NCBI GenBank assembly: GCA_038046245.1 | Contig: JBBSWO010000001.1 | Location: 76,761-140,760 of the forward strand | Source of the DNA: Nanobdellota archaeon | GTDB taxonomy: Archaea; Nanobdellota; Nanobdellia; Pacearchaeales; GW2011-AR1 | DNA length: 64,000 bases | Direction: 5' to 3' | Shown: one piece after another, positions 28,761 through 38,846 of the stretch | Layout: the number at the start of each line of letters is the position of its first letter | Position numbering within the stretch: position 1 is the first letter of the stretch | Notes under the pieces: model-generated | What the model was told of the DNA's origin: nothing | The model's database searches: none | Seen by the model: only the letters and a program-made list of their open reading frames with translations | Program-made: the position numbers and the translations under genes

Positions 28761-29393
28761 TTACAAAACCTTAACGTCTTCTAGGTAGTTGATAGCTAAT
28801 CTGTCTAATTGAGCATCAAGAATGACCCCTTGTTGAAAACCAGCATTTGTGTCTTTTAATGGTTCAATAACTAAACTTTTATCGCGTAGTCCATAATAAT
28901 CAACCAAATTAACTTGTTTACCTTCTCTTATAGTTGATACATCATTGATAATTCCTTCCAAAAATCTTTGCTTTAAATCACAATACTTGATTGTTCCTTT
29001 TTGATTTAATCTCCATTCTCTTTCGTAGATACCTTGAACAACAACACTAGAAACCCAGTATAAACAAACTATATTCATATGCTGTGCAAGTACTCTCCTT
29101 CTCGCACTATCAGACTTATCACCGAGCCTTTCATGAGCATTATCAAAATCATGAAAACCCACAACATACAAAACAGGTTCTCCCAAACTTTTAAAATTTT
29201 TAACTTGATATTCTTTTAACTGAGCATTAAACCTTTTATTACCAACTTTAGCTTCAGCCCAAAAACCATATTCACTATTAAAAAAATCAGGAGTAGCACC
29301 ATTACTTCCTTTATCTGTCCTTTCAAAATCTGTAAAAGCAGAACTAAAAATATTTTCAAATCTTTCTCCAATAAGAGTCTGGATTGTTGGCAT
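28761..29393 (-). CDS. Putative PD-(D/E)xK-fold nuclease (restriction-endonuclease-like), orphan
   Basis: 210 aa. GERFE ... TPDFF(x9)WAEAKVG gives the E...PD...ExK arrangement of restriction-endonuclease-like nucleases. No methyltransferase nearby. Confidence 0.5.
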   Translation of the reverse strand: MPTIQTLIGERFENIFSSAFTDFERTDKGSNGATPDFFNSEYGFWAEAKVGNKRFNAQLKEYQVKNFKSLGEPVLYVVGFHDFDNAHERLGDKSDSARRRVLAQHMNIVCLYWVSSVVVQGIYEREWRLNQKGTIKYCDLKQRFLEGIINDVSTIREGKQVNLVDYYGLRDKSLVIEPLKDTNAGFQQGVILDAQLDRLAINYLEDVKVL

Positions 29394-29414
29394 AAAACCG
29401 AATAGATTGTTGTT

Positions 29415-31016
29415 TTAAATTAATTTCTGTTCTTTCATATCATCAAGCATTAGCACTGCTTCAATTAATCCTTTGAACAAAGGAGCAGGCTTCAACAAAC
29501 TGCTTTTTAATTCAGGATGCGCTTGAGTTGCAACAAAAAAGGGATGGTTCTTTAATTCTATAAACTCCACTAAATTTCCGTCGGGAGACATTCCTGAAAA
29601 AACTAGCCCATTTTCCTCTAAGATTTTATGATATTTGGGGTTAACTTCATATCTATGTCTGTGCCTTTCATCAACCTTTGTATTGTTATAAAGCAAGTGA
29701 ACTATTGTTCCTTCTTTGATGATTGCGGGATAGCTTCCTAGCCTCATTGTCCCGCCTTTGTTTTCTACAAATTTTTGTTCCTCAAGAATATCGATTACAG
29801 GATCAACACAGGCCGAATCAATTTCAGCGCTGTGTGCCTTAAGGTTGCAAACATTTCTTGCAAATTCTACAACAGCCATTTGCAACCCCAAACATATTCC
29901 TAAAAAAGGAATTTTCTTTTCTCTGCACAATTTTATTGCTTTTATCATGCCTTCTATTCCTCTAGAACCAAATCCTCCAGGAATGATCACTCCTGAAATC
30001 TCATCAAGATTGATTTCTCCTTTTTCAGTGTCAATAAACTTAAGATTTATTCTAACTCCAAAATAAGATTCACAATGATGCAAAGATTCAATGATGCTGG
30101 CATATGAATCTTCCAAAGAAGTATATTTTCCTGCAATCGCAATTGTTATTTCTTTTTTTGCGTTCTCTCTTCTGTTTATTAATTCTTCCCACTTCTTTAA
30201 ATCAGGCATAACTTGAATGTTAAGCTTTCTGGCCAAAAGTTGACTCATTCCTTGCTGTTCCAAAAGAAGAGGAATTTTGTAGATATTATCAACATCTCTT
30301 CCAGAAATAACTTCCTCAAATCCAAGATTGCACATTTCACTTATTTTCTGCACTATAGCGTTGTTAAGTGGTTTTCTAGATCTTGTAATAATAATCTGCG
30401 GCTCAATGCCTCTTTGTCTGAGTAAAGCAACACTCTGCTGTGTTGGTTTTGATTTTGGTTCTTTTATTACTGCAGGAATAGGAACATAGGTGACATGCGT
30501 AAAAAGAACGTTTTCTCTGCCAACTTTTCTTGAAAGGGATCTGACAGCCTCTATAAACAATTCACTTTCAATATCTCCAACGGTCCCACCAATTTCTATT
30601 AATACAATATCTGCATTATTCTCATCTCCAGTTTGGATAAAATAGTTCATTATATAATTAGAAACATGGGGAATGAGCTGGACATTCCTTCCCAAATAGT
30701 CCCCTTTTCTTTCTTTTTTTCTTATCTCTTCAAAAACTCTTCCCATGGTCAGACTAAATTCTCTCTTGCATGAAATTCCAAGAAACCTTTCATAATGTCC
30801 AAAGTCCATGTCAACTTCTGTTCCATCATCAAGGACAAAAACCTCACCATGTTCGGTAGGATTCATCGTGCCAGCATCCACATTAAGATAACCATCACAT
30901 TTTATTGGAGTGAGTTTATATTTTGAAGCAAGCAGGTTGCCAATGCTTGCAAGAACAATTCCTTTCCCTAATCCGGAAAGAACACCCCCTGTGACAACAA
31001 TATACTTTCTCATCAA
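29415..31016 (-). CDS. pyrG: CTP synthase
   Basis: 533 aa. VTGGVLSGLGKG, the synthetase domain, and C-terminal glutamine amidotransferase GICLGLQ...HRHRYE. Confidence 0.9.
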   Translation of the reverse strand: MMRKYIVVTGGVLSGLGKGIVLASIGNLLASKYKLTPIKCDGYLNVDAGTMNPTEHGEVFVLDDGTEVDMDFGHYERFLGISCKREFSLTMGRVFEEIRKKERKGDYLGRNVQLIPHVSNYIMNYFIQTGDENNADIVLIEIGGTVGDIESELFIEAVRSLSRKVGRENVLFTHVTYVPIPAVIKEPKSKPTQQSVALLRQRGIEPQIIITRSRKPLNNAIVQKISEMCNLGFEEVISGRDVDNIYKIPLLLEQQGMSQLLARKLNIQVMPDLKKWEELINRRENAKKEITIAIAGKYTSLEDSYASIIESLHHCESYFGVRINLKFIDTEKGEINLDEISGVIIPGGFGSRGIEGMIKAIKLCREKKIPFLGICLGLQMAVVEFARNVCNLKAHSAEIDSACVDPVIDILEEQKFVENKGGTMRLGSYPAIIKEGTIVHLLYNNTKVDERHRHRYEVNPKYHKILEENGLVFSGMSPDGNLVEFIELKNHPFFVATQAHPELKSSLLKPAPLFKGLIEAVLMLDDMKEQKLI

Positions 31017-31134
31017 GCTGGAAATAAACTCGATTTTTTAAATTATATTGTGATGGAATACCTAGTGTAATAAATTAAAAAATAAAGAAATAAAAAATTC
31101 TCTTTTCATCCCTGATTAGATAAGCTAGCAATAA

Positions 31135-31470
31135 TTATCGTATTAAGCCCTGAATGTTTTCAATCGCGTCTGCAACATCTCTGCCTTTCTTGGTCAACTT
31201 GATAAGCTTTATTCTTCCTTGCTTCTCAAAATCAACCAGTTTCAAGATCTTAAGAGTCTGCAGGATCTTAACCGCATGGCTGTAAGTACAATCCACCTCT
31301 TTTGCAAGTATGCTACCGTATCTCATTCTGATATTCTTCTTCAAAGAAACCAGCATCAAAGCCGGCTTTCTCCTGAAAAAAATGTCAAAATTGTCTTTCA
31401 TTTGATTTGTTGTTCCGTTCAAACGAAAATCAGAGAATCCTAAACCTAACTGGATTGTCTCTTCTTTCAT
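31135..31470 (-). CDS. Winged-helix transcriptional regulator
   Basis: 111 aa. RYGSILAKEVDCTYSHAVKILQTLKILKLVDFEKQGRIKLIKLTKKG fits helix-turn-helix + wing. Confidence 0.5.
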   Translation of the reverse strand: MKEETIQLGLGFSDFRLNGTTNQMKDNFDIFFRRKPALMLVSLKKNIRMRYGSILAKEVDCTYSHAVKILQTLKILKLVDFEKQGRIKLIKLTKKGRDVADAIENIQGLIR

Positions 31471-31614
31471 CTTGCGTGGATTTATACAATTTAAACTATA
31501 TATCCTGATAGTATTGTATTTTTAAATGTTTTGTAATATCTATATTCGTCACCCCGTTTCAGTAAAAAAATATATGTCGGAAAAACTTATTAACCAAAAA
31601 AAGAATTTTTATTC

Positions 31615-32253
31615 ATGAAAAACAAAGAAAATTTTCAAAAAGAGAGAAAAACAAAAATACTTGCAGTTGGAGATGTACATGGAGACCTGACTATGATAAA
31701 TAGGCTAGCAGATAGAGCAAAAAAGGAAAATGTTGACATTGTTATTCTTTCTGGGGACCTGACTTTCGCTGAAAGGTCAATCAAAGGGATTATTGGACCA
31801 TTTGCAAAACAAAAAATGCCTGTTTTGATAATTCCAGGGAACCATGAGTCCGTTGCAACAAACGCCTTGCTTGCAGAATTATACTCTCCATACTCAAAAA
31901 ACCTTCATGGATATTATCTAGCCAAAAATGGAATTGGTTTTTTCGGAGCAGGAACAGCAAACATGGGTCCGCATCAGATTAAAGATTCAGAAATTTATGA
32001 TTTATTGAAAAGAAGTCACGAAAAAATAAAAAATCTGGGCAAAAAAATAATGGTAACACATATTCATCCAGAAAATTCAAAAATGGAATTCTCGGGATTT
32101 GAAGGAAGCAAGGCAGTAAAAAAAGCTATAGAATCTTTTCAGCCAGACATAGCAATCTGCTCACACATTCATGAAGCTGCAGGCTTGGAAGAAAAAATAG
32201 GCAAGACCAGAGTCATCAATGTTGCAAGAAAAGAAAAAATATTTGAGATTTAA
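31615..32253 (+). CDS. Calcineurin-like metallophosphoesterase
   Basis: ILAVGDVHGD, SGDL, PGNHE, and VTHIHP / CSHIHE motifs. Confidence 0.75.
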   Translation: MKNKENFQKERKTKILAVGDVHGDLTMINRLADRAKKENVDIVILSGDLTFAERSIKGIIGPFAKQKMPVLIIPGNHESVATNALLAELYSPYSKNLHGYYLAKNGIGFFGAGTANMGPHQIKDSEIYDLLKRSHEKIKNLGKKIMVTHIHPENSKMEFSGFEGSKAVKKAIESFQPDIAICSHIHEAAGLEEKIGKTRVINVARKEKIFEI

Positions 32254-32534
32254 TCCCCAAAATCTTCAATCTCTTCTTTTATCTTCTTTTTTCTGAAGAA
32301 ATAATAGACGACTCCAAAAATAAGGAACAAAATTCCCAAAGCAATCAGGACAAAACCTATGACGAGCATTGTGTAATTTCTAAAAAGTCCGACAGCCGCA
32401 ATTCCAGCCACAATTATTGAAAAGGCCGTCCTGACGTACGACAACAATGTCCTTTCATTAGACAACAAAGTCCTTTCCTCGGACAATTCTTCCTCAATTT
32501 TTGCTTCAGTTTTCCTTCTTTTCATTAATAACAA
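32250..32534 (-). CDS. DUF202 (YidH-like) small membrane protein
   Basis: LSNERTLLSYVRTAFS motif followed by two TM helices. Confidence 0.6.
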   Translation of the reverse strand: MLLMKRRKTEAKIEEELSEERTLLSNERTLLSYVRTAFSIIVAGIAAVGLFRNYTMLVIGFVLIALGILFLIFGVVYYFFRKKKIKEEIEDFGD

Positions 32535-32604
32535 ACTAAGATTAAAGTTATAAATTTAACGAATAAATAGAAAAATCTTAAAAAGGCGTATTCTTCCTCA
32601 TTCA

Positions 32605-34989
32605 ATGGCTAAGAAGCTAAAAAAAACGACTGGAGAGTTGGCAAGTGAAAGGTTTTTCCCTGTAGACGAAAGCTCCGTAAGAAAATCATTTGAAAAACAA
32701 GAAAGAGGTTTGCAGGAAACCCACAAACAAACAATTGAGAAAATTTACAGAAGCCCAGTAGAAAATCCAGTGGAATTGATAAAAACAACAAAGATTAGAA
32801 AATCACAGCCCGGAAAAAAATTTAAGGCAAGTAAGTTGGGTAAGAAAGCGAGATTTACAAATGACAAAGGGAAGAGGACAAAATTCAAGGCAGCTGATTT
32901 ATACAAACCACAAAAGATTTCTTTGAATCCAGAAGGTTATGAATTAATAATAACTGAAAAACCTCAGGCAGCTTCAAAAATTGCAGACGCGTTAGGAAGT
33001 GTCGATAAAAAAAATTTCAAAGGGGTTCCTTATTATGATGTCAACAGAGATGGAGAAAAAATAATTGTTGCCTGCGCTGTGGGTCATTTGTTTACATTGA
33101 CTCAAAATACGCCAGGATCAAACTTTCCAGTGTTTGACATAAAGTGGGTTCCGAATTTTTATGTAAGAAAACAGGATTTTAGCAAAAAATATTATGACGC
33201 AATGGCAAATCTCGTAAGGGGTGCGAGCTCTCTGACAGTAGCCACAGATTATGACATAGAAGGAGAGGTCATCGGATTGAACATAGTCAAATACATTTGT
33301 GGACAAAAAGATGCAAGCAGAATGAAATTCTCAACATTGACTCCAGTAGAACTGAATAAAGCATATGAGGAAAAATCACCAACACTAAATTGGGGTCAGG
33401 CAATCGCTGGAGAGACAAGGCATTATCTGGACTGGTTTTATGGAATAAATCTCTCAAGAGCGTTGATGAGTGCATTGAAATCTATAGGAAAATTCAAAAT
33501 AATGTCGATAGGAAGGGTTCAAGGCCCAACACTAAACTTTATTGTACAAAAGGAAAGAGAAATCCAGGCATTCAAATCAAGACCATACTGGGAAGTTTTC
33601 ATAACTGTAAAAAATAAGCACGTTCTAGAATTAAAATATAACAAAGAAATATTTAACAAAAAAGAGCTATCAAAATTTGATGGACTTAAAGGAAGAACCG
33701 CTATAGCCTCGACACAAAAATCTTCTCAGAGCATAGAGCCAAATCCCCCATTTAACTTAACCGCTTTACAGACAGAAGCATACAAATTTTATGGAATAAC
33801 TCCTTCAAAAACTCTGCAAATCGCTCAGTCCCTTTATTTAGACAGTTTAATTTCATATCCCAGAACCTCATCTCAAAAACTTCCGCCAGCAATAGGATAT
33901 AAAGAGATACTGGACAAAATGGCAAAGACCTTTGAAGTCGAACATTTGATAAAAAGAAAAATTCCAATCGAAGGGAAAAAATCTGACCCAGCACACCCTT
34001 CAATATACCCCACAGGCAACATGCAAATTTTAACAGGAGAACAAGAAAAAATCTATAATTTGATTGCAAAAAGATTCTTGTCCTTATTCTGTGAAGATGC
34101 AATAATAGACAGCAAAAAAATAAGTGTGAGTATTGATGGATTAGACTTTTCAGTAAGGGGTTCAACAATAAGGAAAAAAGGATGGATGGAAGTTTATCCG
34201 ACTAAATTAAAAACGGAAGAAATCCCAGACATGGAAGGAGAAGTTAAGATAATAGATTTGAGAGTTGAAGAAAAAGAGACGCAACCTCCAAAAAGATATT
34301 CTCCCGCTTCTATAGTTTCTGAACTTGAAAAAAGAAACATAGGGACAAAAGCGACTCGTTCCTCTATACTTGAAACACTTTATGACAGAGATTACATAAA
34401 AGACCAAAGCATAAAAGCAACTCCATTAGGGATGTCTTTGATTGAGACCCTTGAAAAATATTCTCCAATAATAATAGACGAAAAGTTGACAAGAAGTTTT
34501 GAAGATCAGATGGATTCCATAATTGAGGCGAAAAAAGACATTTATGAAAAAGAATCAAGCCTTATAGAAAAAGCAAAAGAGACAATAACCTCTATTTCAA
34601 AAGATTTTGGAAAACACGAAAAAGACATAGGAAATGATTTGCTAAAGGCAAATACTGAATTGAGAGAAGTAAAAAGAGAAGAAAGCAAAGTGGTCTTGTG
34701 TCCAAAATGCAAAAAAGGGTTTTTGAGTATAATTTATTCTAAAAAAAATAGAAGGCAGTTTATCGCTTGCAATGCATATCCAGAATGCAAAAACACTTAT
34801 TCTCTGCCTCCAAACGGCTTTATAAAAAAAGCTGAAAAAGATTGTGAAGAATGTGGGTTCCCAATGCTGATGAGGATACAAAAAGGAAAATCTCCATGGA
34901 TTTTCTGTTTCAATCCAGAATGTGTAAAGAATAAAGAAAGGGTTGAGAAATATAACAGAGAAAGGCAGAAAGAAAATCCTTCTCAATAA
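32605..34989 (+). CDS. topA: DNA topoisomerase, type IA, with Lys-rich N-terminal extension and C-terminal zinc ribbons
   Basis: Toprim ELIITEKPQAA and DYDIEGE, active-site ISYPRTSSQ, C-terminal CPKC...C..PEC and CEECG...CFNPEC. The first ~110 aa are K-rich and lie outside the conserved core. Confidence 0.85.
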   Translation: MAKKLKKTTGELASERFFPVDESSVRKSFEKQERGLQETHKQTIEKIYRSPVENPVELIKTTKIRKSQPGKKFKASKLGKKARFTNDKGKRTKFKAADLYKPQKISLNPEGYELIITEKPQAASKIADALGSVDKKNFKGVPYYDVNRDGEKIIVACAVGHLFTLTQNTPGSNFPVFDIKWVPNFYVRKQDFSKKYYDAMANLVRGASSLTVATDYDIEGEVIGLNIVKYICGQKDASRMKFSTLTPVELNKAYEEKSPTLNWGQAIAGETRHYLDWFYGINLSRALMSALKSIGKFKIMSIGRVQGPTLNFIVQKEREIQAFKSRPYWEVFITVKNKHVLELKYNKEIFNKKELSKFDGLKGRTAIASTQKSSQSIEPNPPFNLTALQTEAYKFYGITPSKTLQIAQSLYLDSLISYPRTSSQKLPPAIGYKEILDKMAKTFEVEHLIKRKIPIEGKKSDPAHPSIYPTGNMQILTGEQEKIYNLIAKRFLSLFCEDAIIDSKKISVSIDGLDFSVRGSTIRKKGWMEVYPTKLKTEEIPDMEGEVKIIDLRVEEKETQPPKRYSPASIVSELEKRNIGTKATRSSILETLYDRDYIKDQSIKATPLGMSLIETLEKYSPIIIDEKLTRSFEDQMDSIIEAKKDIYEKESSLIEKAKETITSISKDFGKHEKDIGNDLLKANTELREVKREESKVVLCPKCKKGFLSIIYSKKNRRQFIACNAYPECKNTYSLPPNGFIKKAEKDCEECGFPMLMRIQKGKSPWIFCFNPECVKNKERVEKYNRERQKENPSQ

Positions 34990-35019
34990 AGCTTAAAAAC
35001 CAACAAACCAAGTCTTCTT

Positions 35020-36246
35020 ATGAGAGACTTACATGTGCATACTTTAGATAATGGATTTGAAATCAGACATCTAAAAAGAGATTTAAGGTCCGGTCTTTTT
35101 TATGCAAAACTCAACGCTGATGTTGGAACAGCATATGAAGCGCCAAACGAACACGGATTGGCACATTTCCTGGAACACATGCTCTTCGAAGGAGATGGTG
35201 TAGGCTACGGACCAATAAAATATAAATTCTCAATGAATGGAAGATTTAATGCCACAACTGCAATAGATGAAATTTCAGTTGAAGGAGTTGTGACTGCCCA
35301 GGATTCAAAAAAATTTCTAGAAGAATTGTCTCAAAGCACATATGCTCCAAACTTTAGCGATGTTGATATCGAATCTGAAAGAAAAGTCATAGAGGTTGAA
35401 AGACTTGAAAGTTCAGGTAACCCCCAAGAAGTATTTGACGATAGATTTTTTCGTTATTTTTATAAAAAAAGTCCTGTGAGAAGAAATGGGGTTCTTAACA
35501 TACTCGGGCCAAGACAAAACATCAAAAGCTTTACAAGAAAAAACATGATGGATTTCCATGAAAGATGGATTACTCCTGAAAGGTTGACTCTCTACATCGT
35601 TTCAAAAGATCTTGATATGGATTTGATTCAAGAATATTTTGGGCAGATTAATAAGTCAAGAACCGATTTTCATTTTGAGAGAGAAAATAGATTAGATAGG
35701 ATAGAGAAAAGAGTGGCCAACAATCGAGGGGATTTAGGCATGATGATGATTGGGTGGCAAATCCAAGACTTAACTTATGAACAGTACATAAAGTTAAAAG
35801 GATTACATTTGCTAATGGAAACAGACATAGAAATTCCAGGACTATCACGAACTCTAAGAAAAAAAGGGCTCATATATTCTTTGGGAGTCAATTTTGAGAC
35901 TGATTTTTCTGAAAGAAGATTTACTTTTGGAACTCAGTTTGAAAGAGGGAGCGCACCAAAAATAATCAAGATTGTAATGGATGAATTTGAAAAATTTAGA
36001 GATGGAAAAATAGACCCGGCAATTCTAGATATTGTAATCCAAAGATATATAGTAAAACAAAGAAGCGATTTTGACAATCCGGAAGAGGCAATTAATACTA
36101 TGGATTGGGAAAAAAGCAGCAACATAACTGTAGAAAAATACCTCAAATCATTATCAGAATTATCTGGAAGCGATATCCAAGAGGCAGCACAATTTATTAG
36201 CCCAGATAAATATTTCTTGCTTTCCACAGAAAACAGCTTGGATTAA
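35020..36246 (+). CDS. M16-family (insulinase/pitrilysin-like) zinc peptidase
   Basis: Inverted zinc motif HFLEHMLFEG (HxxEH), about 400 aa in two-domain layout. Confidence 0.7.
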   Translation: MRDLHVHTLDNGFEIRHLKRDLRSGLFYAKLNADVGTAYEAPNEHGLAHFLEHMLFEGDGVGYGPIKYKFSMNGRFNATTAIDEISVEGVVTAQDSKKFLEELSQSTYAPNFSDVDIESERKVIEVERLESSGNPQEVFDDRFFRYFYKKSPVRRNGVLNILGPRQNIKSFTRKNMMDFHERWITPERLTLYIVSKDLDMDLIQEYFGQINKSRTDFHFERENRLDRIEKRVANNRGDLGMMMIGWQIQDLTYEQYIKLKGLHLLMETDIEIPGLSRTLRKKGLIYSLGVNFETDFSERRFTFGTQFERGSAPKIIKIVMDEFEKFRDGKIDPAILDIVIQRYIVKQRSDFDNPEEAINTMDWEKSSNITVEKYLKSLSELSGSDIQEAAQFISPDKYFLLSTENSLD

Positions 36247-36266
36247 ATGAAAAACGCCCAACAAAA

Positions 36267-36623
36267 TTAAAACCCTTCCATGCTTTTCGCCAAAGCAACG
36301 AAAAGATAAATCCAATAGAGATATAGAATAATTATAAATATAATTCCTAAAATAGACAAAATAACTTCCTTTTTGGTGGAATTCTTAAAAAAAGAAATAC
36401 CTCCGGAAACAATTCCCAATAAAGGCAAATAAAAAATAATAGTTCCAAATAATCCTAAAAATGACATATTAACTTTTAGAAATAATAAAAAAAGGTTTAA
36501 TAGAGCCAACAACCCAAATGCGAAGGATAGAATAGAATATTTGTTCATAACAAAAAGTAATTCCAGTAACTTAAAAACCTTACGAATATTCTTTCTATAG
36601 TCAGAATATAAAATAAAACACAA
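36267..36623 (-). CDS. Hypothetical membrane protein (start uncertain; possibly ATG at 36548)
   Basis: Three hydrophobic helices. The first 25 codons look non-coding-like. Confidence 0.4.
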   Translation of the reverse strand: MCFILYSDYRKNIRKVFKLLELLFVMNKYSILSFAFGLLALLNLFLLFLKVNMSFLGLFGTIIFYLPLLGIVSGGISFFKNSTKKEVILSILGIIFIIILYLYWIYLFVALAKSMEGF

Positions 36624-36668
36624 AAACAGAACTAAAAATATTAAAAAGTATAAAATAAAAATAAAAAA

Positions 36669-36881
36669 TTATCTTTTCTTTTTAGCCGGCATGGTTTTTT
36701 CAGTCATTCCATGTCCATGATTTCCTGCCCAGCAAGCATTGCAATTTTTACACCAAAATGCGTGTATAAGCAATGCCAAAGCTGCTATAACCACAACCCA
36801 TGTCGAAACACTGCTCTTGACAAACAAAGCAAACACGATTATAGCCAAAAGCAAGATTACATGTATCCATTTACAACTCAT
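36669..36881 (-). CDS. Small membrane protein with Cys/His-rich C-terminal tail
   Basis: Internal ATG chosen (MSCKWIHVILLL...) to avoid overlap with 36980..37351. Two TM helices, then WCKNCNACWAGNHGHG. Confidence 0.4.
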   Translation of the reverse strand: MSCKWIHVILLLAIIVFALFVKSSVSTWVVVIAALALLIHAFWCKNCNACWAGNHGHGMTEKTMPAKKKR

Positions 36882-36979
36882 CTCAACACCCCCTTTTAAT
36901 TCCCATATCATAGCAAGAGGGGTTAATAAAGTTAATTGAGTGCAGTAATGCTTAAAAACACTAAAATTAAAGAAAACTA

Positions 36980-37351
36980 ATGAGATATAGAAAAAGTGAA
37001 ACAAAGGCGCTTTGGAACTTGACAGTTGAAGGAGTTGAAAGATTTGGTGGAACGCTAGAAATCACCGTAAAAAATTCTGATCCTAGAAACCCTGTAAAAA
37101 GATTAACATTAGACGGAAACTCCATAGTAAAAGCAGGAGATAGAATAACTGCATATATGCCAAGATTAATTCAACCAGGAAAAGGGACTGGTGATTTAGA
37201 TGATCCTCAAGCTGGAGAAATGAACCTGGGAAAAGAAAATTCTGCAGAAAAAAGTTCATCTAATGAAGCAGCAGTTTATATTGAAGTCCTAGATGTAAGG
37301 GGAAAAGTATTAAGCACAGATTATAGCACTACTCTTTATAGACTGAGTTAA
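36980..37351 (+). CDS. Hypothetical protein
   Basis: 123-aa ORF upstream of purB. No motif recognised. Confidence 0.35.
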   Translation: MRYRKSETKALWNLTVEGVERFGGTLEITVKNSDPRNPVKRLTLDGNSIVKAGDRITAYMPRLIQPGKGTGDLDDPQAGEMNLGKENSAEKSSSNEAAVYIEVLDVRGKVLSTDYSTTLYRLS

Positions 37352-37415
37352 ATCTTTCTCTTAAGTTATACAAAAGTACAATAATGCTTAAAAAACAAGA
37401 AAAACAAAATATAAG

Positions 37416-38846
37416 ATGGATATTCCAAATGTTTTGGCAGAAAGATACGCTACCGATTCTGTTGCCGAACCATACTCACCTGTTGGAAAAGTAAAAAGAA
37501 TGAGAAATTTCTGGATTTCTGTAATGCAATACCAAAAAGATTTAGGTGTTAATATCCCTTTAGCAGATATAGATAAATTTAGAGATTCAAAAGACAATAT
37601 TAATCTAAAAAGAATAAAAGAACTGGAGTTAAGTAGCCAGCATGATGTGGATGCAAACATAAAAGCATTCATTGAAATTGCTGATGCAGGAGAATATTTG
37701 CATCTTGGGATGACATCAAGAGATTTAACAGATAATGTTGAACAAAAACAAATCTTAGACATCTCAAAAATAATTTATGGAAAAAATATTTCTATCCTAA
37801 GACATTTCACGGAAAAATCACAAGCTTACAGAGATATAGTGCTAACAGCAAGAACACATCACCAAGCAGCACAACCAACACTTCTAGGAAGAAGATTTTC
37901 AATGTGGGCAGAAGAGCTTATGGAGCATTTAGATAGTTTTGAACAATTCATATTAGACTATCCACTAAGAGGTATAAAAGGCCCAGTTGGAACACAAGCA
38001 GACATGAAAACTTTATTAGGGTCCTCTGAAAAAGTTAAACAATTAGAAAATATGATAGCAACAGAGTTTGGATTTAACAGAGTTTTAGATTCGCCAGGGC
38101 AAGTTTATCCAAGATCATTGGATTATAAGTTGTTAAGTAATCTAGCACTGCTTTCCTCAGCTTCAGAAAATTTTGCAGATGGAATGAGATTGATGGCTGG
38201 TTATGAATTAGTCACAGAAGGGTTCAAAGAAGGTCAGGTTGGTAGCAGTGCAATGCCACACAAAATGAACACGAGAAGCTCTGAAAGAATATGGAGTGCA
38301 GCAGAGTTGACTAAAACTTATGCTAATGGGGGCTCAAGACTCTCTGGCCAGCAATGGGAAGAAGGAGATGTTTCATGTTCACTAATGAGAAGAGTAATCA
38401 TTCCAGACTCATTTTTTGCCTCTGACGCTGTGTGTGAAACAACCCTAACTATATTGAACAAAATGGGAATTTATCCAATTATCATAAGTAAAGAACTAGA
38501 TAGGTATCTCCCATTTTTAGCAACAACTCAAATACTTGCTGAGGCTGTAAAAAAAGGTATTGGGAGAGAAGGAGCACACTCAACAATAAAAAAACATGCA
38601 AAGGCTGTTGCACTGCAAATGAGAGTTGAAGGATTAGAAAAAAATACTCTTGCTGAAAGGCTTAGCAATGAACCTTTGTTTAAAAATAATGGAATTGGAG
38701 AAAATGAAATAACCAAAATACTAAAAGATAACAACAGGTTTATAGGAGAATCATATTCTCAAATAGACAGAGTCAATGAAAGAGCTCAAAAAATTATTTC
38801 CAAATATTCAAAGCAAGCAGCTTATGAACCGCAGCCAATTCTTTAA
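37416..38846 (+). CDS. purB: Adenylosuccinate lyase
   Basis: 476 aa. Fumarate-lyase signature GSSAMPHKMN, TSRD, and HHQAAQP. Confidence 0.9.
   Translation: MDIPNVLAERYATDSVAEPYSPVGKVKRMRNFWISVMQYQKDLGVNIPLADIDKFRDSKDNINLKRIKELELSSQHDVDANIKAFIEIADAGEYLHLGMTSRDLTDNVEQKQILDISKIIYGKNISILRHFTEKSQAYRDIVLTARTHHQAAQPTLLGRRFSMWAEELMEHLDSFEQFILDYPLRGIKGPVGTQADMKTLLGSSEKVKQLENMIATEFGFNRVLDSPGQVYPRSLDYKLLSNLALLSSASENFADGMRLMAGYELVTEGFKEGQVGSSAMPHKMNTRSSERIWSAAELTKTYANGGSRLSGQQWEEGDVSCSLMRRVIIPDSFFASDAVCETTLTILNKMGIYPIIISKELDRYLPFLATTQILAEAVKKGIGREGAHSTIKKHAKAVALQMRVEGLEKNTLAERLSNEPLFKNNGIGENEITKILKDNNRFIGESYSQIDRVNERAQKIISKYSKQAAYEPQPIL

Noticed and set aside
33752-34986. Minus-strand ORFs of 64-138 aa
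   Set aside because: Antisense within topA. No motifs.
36882-37004. 41-codon N-terminal extension of the small Cys/His-tail membrane protein
   Set aside because: Would overlap the start of 36980..37351. The internal ATG gives a compact two-TM protein.
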